From: Vicinamibacterales bacterium
GTDB lineage: Bacteria; Acidobacteriota; Vicinamibacteria; Vicinamibacterales; 2-12-FULL-66-21
Assembly (NCBI GenBank): GCA_036258175.1
Contig: DATAEE010000083.1
Span: forward strand, 27,752-91,751
Length of the DNA: 64,000 nucleotides
Direction: 5' to 3'
The position numbers and the translations under genes are program-made. Shown here piece after piece: positions 53,952 to 64,000 of the stretch (within the stretch, counting starts at the first letter, position 1; each line of letters starts with the position of its first letter). The notes beneath the pieces were generated by a model. The model was not told the DNA's origin. It ran no database searches and saw nothing but the letters and a program-made list of their open reading frames with translations.

Positions 53952-56638
53952 AGCGCGATGCCCGGTTCGGTGCGCGCCGCGCGCCGCGCCGGGATGAAGC
54001 AGGCGAGGAGCGCGACGACCATGAGCAACAGGGCGGTCGCCGTGAACGTGAGCGGATCCGCCGTGCCGACGTCGAACAGCAGCCCCCGCAGGAACTGCGT
54101 CAGCGCCGCGGCTCCGGCGAGCCCGATTACGAGACCTGCGACGACCGGCGTCAGGCCCTGCCGTGCGACCAGCCAGAGCACATCGCGCGCGTGCGCCCCG
54201 AGCGCGATGCGGACCGCGATCTCGCGCGTCCGGTCCGTCACCTGAAACGCCACGACGCCGTAGATGCCGAGTGCCGCCAGGGCCAGCGCCGCCATGGCGA
54301 ACGCCGCGAGCACGCGCATCGTCAGCGCCTGCGGCGCGATCGAACGCGCGACCGCATCCTCCATCGTGCGCATGTTCGAGATCGGCTGCTGCGGATCGAC
54401 GCCGCGCACGGCATCCCGCAGCGTGGCGACGAGCGCGTGCGGATCGTCGTTACCGCGTGTCTTGACGAGCAGCGTGCCCCAACCGGCGGGTGCCTGATAG
54501 AACGGCGTATACACCTGGGGCTCCGCGATATCGGTGAGCGAGGTCTGCCGCAGGTCGGCCACCACCCCGACGATTCGCGTCGGCCGGGCGCGCCCCTCCT
54601 GAACGATGAGCTCACGTCCCAGCGGATCTTCGCCGGGGAAGTGGCGGGCTGCCATGGCGGCGTTGATCACGACGACGGGAGGGCTCTCGAGCGTGTCTCC
54701 TTCCGTGAAGAACCGGCCGCGCACGAGCGGCACCCCGATCGCCCGGAAATAATCGGGCGTGACCCAGCGCAGGTACGCGAAGTCTTCTTCTCCTCCGGGC
54801 CCTTTCGGCGGCCGTCCGACGATACTGAAACCGAGCTGGTTGTAGCCGTCGCCGCCGAAAAGCGGGGGATCGCTGACGAGAGCGGCGTACCGGGTACCCG
54901 GGAGCGCCGATGCAGCCTCGACGATCCGATGATAGAAGCCCGCCGCATCCTCGTTTTTCGGATACCGCGCATCCGAGAGGCTCAGGTCCACGACCAGGAG
55001 TCCCCGAGGATCGAATCCGGGATCGACGCGATGCAGCCGGATGAGCGAACGGACCATCAACCCGGCGCCGACGAGGAGTACGAGGGCGAACGCAACTTGC
55101 GCGACTGTCAGCGCGGACTGGAGCCGGCGGCGATCGCGTCCCGCCGACGCACCGCGCGCCACCAGACGATCCGCAACGGCCGAGCGGCCGACGTGAAGAG
55201 CTGGTACGAGACCGAACAGCAACCCGGCCGCGCTCGTCATCACGAGCATGACGATCAGGACCCGCGTGTCGAGTGTGAACTCCTCGAGCCTCGGAACGGC
55301 GAAGGAATCCAGCCGCCGGATAGCGGCGAGAAGGACGGTGGCGACGCCAACACCTCCCAGACCGCCAAGCAGGGCGACGAGCTGGCTTTCCACGAGGAGC
55401 TGCCGCACGAGACGGGTTCGGCTCGCGCCCATCGCCACGCGCACCGCGAACTCGCGCGCCCGGACCGCCGAGCGCGCGACCAGCAGCCCGCCGACGTTCG
55501 CGCACGCGATGAGGAGGACGAACGCGACCGCCGCCGCGAGAATCGTCGACATGGCCCGCACGTCGTGCACCATGCTGGACTGCAGCGGTTCGACGAAGAC
55601 GCCGCAGTGCGTGTTGCTGTCGGGGTACTGCACGGACAGCCGCCGGGCGATGGTTTCCAGCTCCGCCTGCGCGCTTGCAACCGTCACACCCTCCTTCAGG
55701 CGGGCGACGACGTTGAGGTTGTGCGACCCGCGCCCGGTGCGGGCGCCCGGATAGAGACCGAGCGGAATCCACGCGTCGGTTTCCAGTTGAAAGCGGAAAT
55801 CCTCCGGCAGGACACCGATGACGAGATATGGCTCGCCGTCGAAGTCCAGCGTCTTGCCGAGAATGTTCGGATCTGACCCGAGGGCGAACCGCCAGAACCC
55901 GTTGGCCAGTACCGTTACAGCCGCGCCATGGCGGTCTTCCTCGATCGTGAAGCCTCGGCCGAGCGCCGGATGCACGCCGAGGACGTCGAAGAACTCGACG
56001 GACGCGCGGGCAGCCTTCACGTAGCGTGGCTCGCCGTGCCCCGAGATATTCACATTGCGCCGGCGGTACGCCGCCATGGCAGAAAACACCGTGCTCTGCT
56101 GCTTCCAGTCGAGGATGTTCGGCCCGGACGCGGCGTTCCGAAGAAGCCTCGCTTCCACGAGGTGCTCGAACACGCGCACAATCCGATCCGGTTGCGGGTA
56201 GTCGAGAGGACGGAGAAGAAGAACGTCGACGACGCTGAAGAGCGCCACGTTGGCGCCGATGCACACGGCCATCGTGAGCGTCGCGACCGTGGTGAAGAGC
56301 GGCGTCTTGCGGAGAACCCGCAGGCCGAAGCGGATGTCTTGCGTCAGGTTCGAGAAGGTTCGAAAAGGTTCGAACGGGTTCGAAGGGTTTCGAGGGGGTT
56401 CGAATAGGTTCAAGGGGGTTCGGCGCAGATGGTGGAGATCGCAGCCGAGGCGGCGGTTTGCGTCGAGGTCGCGCAGGACCGCCTGCCGCGCGTCGTCGCT
56501 CGTCAATCCCTCGGCCCGGAGCTCGCGATAACGATCGTCGAGATGCTGCGACAGTTCCTCGGCGATCTCTTCCTCGGTCGCTGGATCGAGGCCCGCGTCC
56601 GCCAGACGTCGGCGGACCTCATCGCGCCAGTCATGCAT
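53939..56638 (-). CDS. MacB/FtsX-type ABC permease (ADOP architecture) with an N-terminal cytoplasmic 'permease prefix' domain
   Basis: MHDWRDEVRRRLADAGLDPATEEEIAEELSQHLDDRYRE prefix, then FGLRVLRKTPLFT and two MacB/FtsX halves. 8-nt overlap with the upstream PadR gene. Confidence 0.88.
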   Translation of the reverse strand: MHDWRDEVRRRLADAGLDPATEEEIAEELSQHLDDRYRELRAEGLTSDDARQAVLRDLDANRRLGCDLHHLRRTPLNLFEPPRNPSNPFEPFRTFSNLTQDIRFGLRVLRKTPLFTTVATLTMAVCIGANVALFSVVDVLLLRPLDYPQPDRIVRVFEHLVEARLLRNAASGPNILDWKQQSTVFSAMAAYRRRNVNISGHGEPRYVKAARASVEFFDVLGVHPALGRGFTIEEDRHGAAVTVLANGFWRFALGSDPNILGKTLDFDGEPYLVIGVLPEDFRFQLETDAWIPLGLYPGARTGRGSHNLNVVARLKEGVTVASAQAELETIARRLSVQYPDSNTHCGVFVEPLQSSMVHDVRAMSTILAAAVAFVLLIACANVGGLLVARSAVRAREFAVRVAMGASRTRLVRQLLVESQLVALLGGLGGVGVATVLLAAIRRLDSFAVPRLEEFTLDTRVLIVMLVMTSAAGLLFGLVPALHVGRSAVADRLVARGASAGRDRRRLQSALTVAQVAFALVLLVGAGLMVRSLIRLHRVDPGFDPRGLLVVDLSLSDARYPKNEDAAGFYHRIVEAASALPGTRYAALVSDPPLFGGDGYNQLGFSIVGRPPKGPGGEEDFAYLRWVTPDYFRAIGVPLVRGRFFTEGDTLESPPVVVINAAMAARHFPGEDPLGRELIVQEGRARPTRIVGVVADLRQTSLTDIAEPQVYTPFYQAPAGWGTLLVKTRGNDDPHALVATLRDAVRGVDPQQPISNMRTMEDAVARSIAPQALTMRVLAAFAMAALALAALGIYGVVAFQVTDRTREIAVRIALGAHARDVLWLVARQGLTPVVAGLVIGLAGAAALTQFLRGLLFDVGTADPLTFTATALLLMVVALLACFIPARRAARTEPGIALQGD
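56347..56426. repeat. 10-nt tandem repeat GGTTCGAANN x8 inside the permease CDS
   Basis: ggttcgagaa ggttcgaaaa ggttcgaacg ggttcgaagg gtttcgaggg ggttcgaata ggttcaaggg ggttcggcgc, with an exact 10-nt register. Confidence 0.95.
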
Positions 56639-56975
56639 GTTCCAGCCCCGCGATCCGGTTGATGGCCGTCACGAACGCGCGCCACCCACGGCGTTGATCA
56701 GCTAACACTCGTTTGCCTTCAGGCGTAAGCCGATAGTAACGGCGCCGCCGCTGGCCGGCCTTCTCCACCCATCGTCCGTCGATCCAGCCGCGCTTCTCGA
56801 GGCGATAGAGCAGCGGATACAGCGACGCGACGCTGAAGCGGACCACGCCGTCGGATCGCGCGTCGATCAGCTTGCCGATCTCGTAGCCATGGCGTGGCCG
56901 GGTTTCCACGAGCGACAGGATCAGCAGCTCGGCGCTGCCTTTCTTCAGCTCGCGATCGCCGAGGTCCCGTTTCAT
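56631..56975 (-). CDS. PadR-family transcriptional regulator
   Basis: ORF trimmed to the ATG at 56975. ELLILSLVETRPRHGYEIGKLI...LYPLLYRLEKRGWIDGRW...RRRYYRLTPEGKRVL. Confidence 0.9.
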   Translation of the reverse strand: MKRDLGDRELKKGSAELLILSLVETRPRHGYEIGKLIDARSDGVVRFSVASLYPLLYRLEKRGWIDGRWVEKAGQRRRRYYRLTPEGKRVLADQRRGWRAFVTAINRIAGLEHA

Positions 56976-56988
56976 ATGTCTTATAGCG

Positions 56989-57017
56989 ATATATGCGATA
57001 GCGAGGTAATTAGTCAA
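56989..57017 (-). promoter_or_regulatory. Possible sigma-70-type promoter/operator of the PadR-permease operon
   Basis: The minus strand reads TTGACT-17 nt-ATATAT about 13 nt before the PadR ATG (near-leaderless). The spacer and -10 region contain the direct repeat TCGCTAT x2. Motif-only call. Confidence 0.35.
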
Positions 57018-57387
57018 GTTCCCGGCGAGCACGCAGCATTCGGGTGAGCATCTCGGTGAGCATGGTGAGGGAGAAGGGCTTGGCGATCAGGCGCGTGTTG
57101 GGGCGGAACTGCTCGAGTCCCGCCGATTCTCTCGCCGCACCCGAAAAGATGATGACGGGGACCACCGACGGAATAGACGCGACGACCTCGTTGCCCGAAC
57201 CCTCGCGCAACCGCAGATCGACGACGGCCGCGGTCGGCCGCCGCGCGTGAAAGACGGCGAGCGCCGCGCTCGCGGAATCTGCGCTGCAGGTCTCGAAGCC
57301 CCGCAGGCGCAGGAATTTCTCCAGCAAATCGCGGATGCTGAGATCGTCCTCGACGACGAGCACGAGAGGTCTCGCGCCGGTCTTCAT
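57010..57387 (-). CDS. Single-domain response regulator (CheY-like receiver)
   Basis: LVLVVEDDLSIRDLL...AAVVDLRLREGSG...IAKPFSL. Confidence 0.85.
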   Translation of the reverse strand: MKTGARPLVLVVEDDLSIRDLLEKFLRLRGFETCSADSASAALAVFHARRPTAAVVDLRLREGSGNEVVASIPSVVPVIIFSGAARESAGLEQFRPNTRLIAKPFSLTMLTEMLTRMLRARRELD

Positions 57388-57446
57388 CGCCGTCCTTCTG
57401 GCGTGAATCGAGAGCGATGCGATTATACGCCAACTCAGCCGTATTG

Positions 57447-58193
57447 TTAGGTAGGAAACCGCTTCGAGCTGGCCAGGCGCAATTTACACAGCCGGAACAC
57501 GCACGCCGTCGCGAGGCATCCGAACCCGTAGCGCACGCTCCGACTGAACGTGATCGACGACGCGTCCGGCGCGTACCGCGTCGGGCACGACACTTCGCCG
57601 ATCGCGTACCCCAGCCAGACGGTCTCAGCGAGGATGTCGTTGTCGAAGACGAAATCATCCGAGTTCTCGTCGAGTGGCAGCCGCTCGAGCAGCGTGCGCG
57701 AGAACGCGCGGTAGCCGGTGTGAAACTCCGACACTTTGCTGCCGAGGAGGAGGTTTCCCACGAGCGTCAGCCCGCGGTTCGCGACGTACCGCCAGATTGG
57801 CATCCCGCCCTTCAGGGCCCGACCGCCGAGGATGCGCGATCCCAGCACACATTCGTATAAACCGGTCGCCACCAGATCTGCCATCGCCGGGATGAGCTTC
57901 GGCGTGTACTGGTAGTCCGGATGGACCATCACGATGATGTCCGCCCCGTGCTGTAACGCCAGGCGATAGCACGTTTTCTGGTTCGCGCCGTATCCGAGAT
58001 TGTTCGGATGGGAATGGAGGACGACCTTGCCGAGGCTGCGCGCGACCGCCGCCGTGCGGTCACGGCTCCCGTCATCAACCACGATGACGAGGTCGACGAC
58101 CTCCTGCTCGACGACCTCACGCCAGGTCTGTTCGATCGTCCGCTCGGCGTTGAAGGCGGGCATCACGACGACGACCTTCTTGCCCTTGATCAT
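57447..58193 (-). CDS. Family-2 glycosyltransferase (polyprenyl-phosphate sugar synthase-like)
   Basis: VVVVMPAFNAERTIEQT...VIVVDDGSRDRT...VMVHPDYQYTP. ATGA-type overlap with the upstream gene. Confidence 0.85.
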   Translation of the reverse strand: MIKGKKVVVVMPAFNAERTIEQTWREVVEQEVVDLVIVVDDGSRDRTAAVARSLGKVVLHSHPNNLGYGANQKTCYRLALQHGADIIVMVHPDYQYTPKLIPAMADLVATGLYECVLGSRILGGRALKGGMPIWRYVANRGLTLVGNLLLGSKVSEFHTGYRAFSRTLLERLPLDENSDDFVFDNDILAETVWLGYAIGEVSCPTRYAPDASSITFSRSVRYGFGCLATACVFRLCKLRLASSKRFPT

Positions 58194-59971
58194 CGTCTTG
58201 AAAGAACGTCCAGAGCGCGTCTGGCATCCTGATGGTTGGCGTCAATCCGCAGCGCTTCCTCGAACCGATTGATGGCGGCTCGAAGATCGCCTTTCCTCAC
58301 GAACATGACACCGAGATCGTAGTGAACATCGGCATTGGTCGGGTCGAGGCGCAAGGCTTCGAGAAACTGCTGGATCGCCTGATCGATGTCCCCGCGCTCC
58401 GCGAGGGCGCGGCCGAACTCGTAGTGGGCCCGCACCAGGTTCTCCTGCGCCTGCGGGTGCTCGGGCTGAAGCCGTGCCGCGATGGAGAAATGGTTGATGG
58501 CGTCGGTGTACCGGCCCGTGCCGGCCAGCGCCGCTCCCAGATTGCTGTGGGCTTCGAAGTAATCGGGCAGGAGCCGGAGCGCTTCCGCATAGTGCGGAAT
58601 CGCTTCCTCGATTCTCCCCTGGCGCGCCAGCGCAAGTCCGAGGTTGTTATGCGCTTCTGCATAGCTCGGACGGATGCGCACAGCCTCAGAGTAATGCTGG
58701 ATCGCCTCGTCCCGACGCCCCTCGGCCGCAAGCGCATGCCCGAGATTTCCCTGAGCACGGTAATTGTCAGTAGTGACGCTCACAGCGTGCTGCCAGAGCG
58801 CGACGCTGCTCCTCCAGTGATCAACCTGCGCTCGCGCCGCGACAACGCATGCGGCCACCACCACGACAGCTGCCGTGGCGAGCACGGTCGTCGTCACACG
58901 CCGCCTTGCGAGGATCTCCGGAACTCCCCACGCGACGATGATGAAAAGACCGATGAGCGGGACGTAGGTGTAACGATCGGCGATCGGCTGGCTTCCTACC
59001 TGAATCAGACCGATGACCGGGATGAGCGTCACGAGATACCACAACCAGCCGATCAGAACGTAGGGATGATCCCGGCGTACGCGGACCGCCAGCCAAGTGA
59101 CAATCGCAAGCGCTGCAATCGCGGCGGCGACCTGCCAGCCCGCGATCGAGTCAGGATACGGATAGATGGCTGCCAGGTTGGTCGGCCACAGTGTCTTTCC
59201 GGTGTAGCTAACGTACGCAACGAGCGCGTTCGCGACTCGCCGACTTACTGGAAGTGATGCCAGCTCCTTTACGGCGCCCGCCTGCTGCTGGACCATGAAA
59301 GTGACAACGCTCGACGCGATGGCGAGCGTGAACAACGGAACCTTCTCGCGAATCAGTCGACGCGTATTCGTTCGCCGCAACGGCCAGACGTCGAGCAACA
59401 GCAGCGTGACGGGCAGCGTCACTAGCATCGGCTTCGCCATCAGTCCAAGCGCGAACAGCACGCCGACGAGGCTGTATGGCGCAACGGCAGGCCGGTGGAC
59501 GTAGCGCACATAGGCCCAGATCGTCAGCATCCAGAACAGCGCGCTGAGAACATCCTTGCGCTCGGCAATCCACGCGACCGACTCCACGTGCAGCGGGTGA
59601 ACGGCAAAGAGCGCCGCCACGAACCAGCTCCGGCCGATCGCGCTCGTTATGCGGTAGAGAAGCAGGAAAAGCAGCAGCGCACTTGCCGTATGCAGGACGA
59701 CGTTCATCACGTGGTGCGCGCCCGCACTGAGACCGAACACCTGGACGTCGAGCATGTGGGAGATCCAGGTGAGCGGGTGCCAGTTGCCCGCGTACCCCGT
59801 CGTGAATGCCCACGCGATCCCTCGCAGTGTCAAACCATCGGAAATGAACGGGTTTTCGCTGACGTACTGGGGATCGTCGAAGTTCACGAAACCGTGCCGC
59901 GCGACGGGCGCGAACACGATGGCCACGGCGGCAACGATCGCGAGCGCGAGCGGAAGGGGATGGCGCGTCAC
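58190..59971 (-). CDS. GT-C-fold membrane glycosyltransferase-like protein with C-terminal TPR repeats (TMTC/PMT-like, DUF1736-type)
   Basis: FVNFDDPQYVSENP first-loop acidic motif, WHPLTWISHMLD, HVESVAWIAERKDVLS, about 10 TM segments, then 6-7 TPR units (AEAHNNLGLALARQGRIEEAI...). Confidence 0.75.
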   Translation of the reverse strand: MTRHPLPLALAIVAAVAIVFAPVARHGFVNFDDPQYVSENPFISDGLTLRGIAWAFTTGYAGNWHPLTWISHMLDVQVFGLSAGAHHVMNVVLHTASALLLFLLLYRITSAIGRSWFVAALFAVHPLHVESVAWIAERKDVLSALFWMLTIWAYVRYVHRPAVAPYSLVGVLFALGLMAKPMLVTLPVTLLLLDVWPLRRTNTRRLIREKVPLFTLAIASSVVTFMVQQQAGAVKELASLPVSRRVANALVAYVSYTGKTLWPTNLAAIYPYPDSIAGWQVAAAIAALAIVTWLAVRVRRDHPYVLIGWLWYLVTLIPVIGLIQVGSQPIADRYTYVPLIGLFIIVAWGVPEILARRRVTTTVLATAAVVVVAACVVAARAQVDHWRSSVALWQHAVSVTTDNYRAQGNLGHALAAEGRRDEAIQHYSEAVRIRPSYAEAHNNLGLALARQGRIEEAIPHYAEALRLLPDYFEAHSNLGAALAGTGRYTDAINHFSIAARLQPEHPQAQENLVRAHYEFGRALAERGDIDQAIQQFLEALRLDPTNADVHYDLGVMFVRKGDLRAAINRFEEALRIDANHQDARRALDVLSRR

Positions 59972-60001
59972 AGGGCGTACCGCGCCGGTATGGTAAGGCG
60001 T

Positions 60002-60043
60002 AAACGAAAAACGCCGCAGGAGAGGGCGGCCTCCCCTGCGGCG
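60002..60043 (-). terminator. Rho-independent terminator downstream of the TonB-dependent receptor
   Basis: The minus strand reads CGCCGCAGGGGAG-GCCGCC-CTCTCCTGCGGCG followed by TTTTTCGTTT. It starts 20 nt after the stop at 60064. Confidence 0.75.
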
Positions 60044-60063
60044 GTGGATGAACGAGCGCCGCG

Positions 60064-63972
<3,909 letters not shown>

Positions 63973-64000
63973 CTGACTCTCCGTGGTGGTGGAGTTGATC

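Noticed and set aside
56347-56426. tRNA-like T-arm motifs (GGTTCGAAT)
   Set aside because: The motif recurs every 10 nt inside an intact CDS. No acceptor, D or anticodon arms can be drawn. This is not a tRNA or tRNA array.

Overview
High-GC (about two-thirds G+C by eye), densely coding bacterial chromosomal segment. I call about 55 protein genes, two pseudogenes and several small repeats. I recognised no rRNA, tRNA, CRISPR array, transposase or integrase. The family content points to Acidobacteriota (inference): two MacB/FtsX-type 'duplicated orphan' permeases (one with PadR), a VWFA-related Acidobacterial-domain protein, a CarboxypepD_reg-type TonB receptor, and BNR/sortilin-like and PQQ-like propellers. 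Ordinary blocks include HtrA, an M24 peptidase, archease-RtcB, GlgP, peptide and amino-acid scavenging enzymes (asparaginase-type Ntn hydrolase, DmpA, S9 peptidase), KynA, CysD-CysNC, and VOC/RidA/arginase-fold genes. The parts worth a second look are these. (1) 40.7-48.0 kb: a seven-gene cluster of four amide-bond ligases (GCS2, two ATP-grasp, one circularly permuted ATP-grasp), an M29 aminopeptidase and two alpha/beta-hydrolases. This type of system has been predicted only computationally and is my best candidate for an uncharacterised system. (2) 20.9-23.4 kb: a mini-protein paired with a C39-like peptidase fused to TPR, POTRA and an outer-membrane barrel, next to a REC-GGDEF cyclase. (3) 31.4-36.1 kb: PAPS synthesis genes next to a low-GC sulfotransferase and a frameshifted PHP pAp-phosphatase-like gene. 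(4) Several DNA-level repeats: a 10-nt x8 array inside a CDS, a 14-nt x5 intergenic array, GAATGCTGA-core palindromes, a 163-nt purine-rich inverted repeat, and a near-identical 21-mer inside two unrelated enzyme genes. All family calls come from motif recognition by eye. None has been checked against a database.
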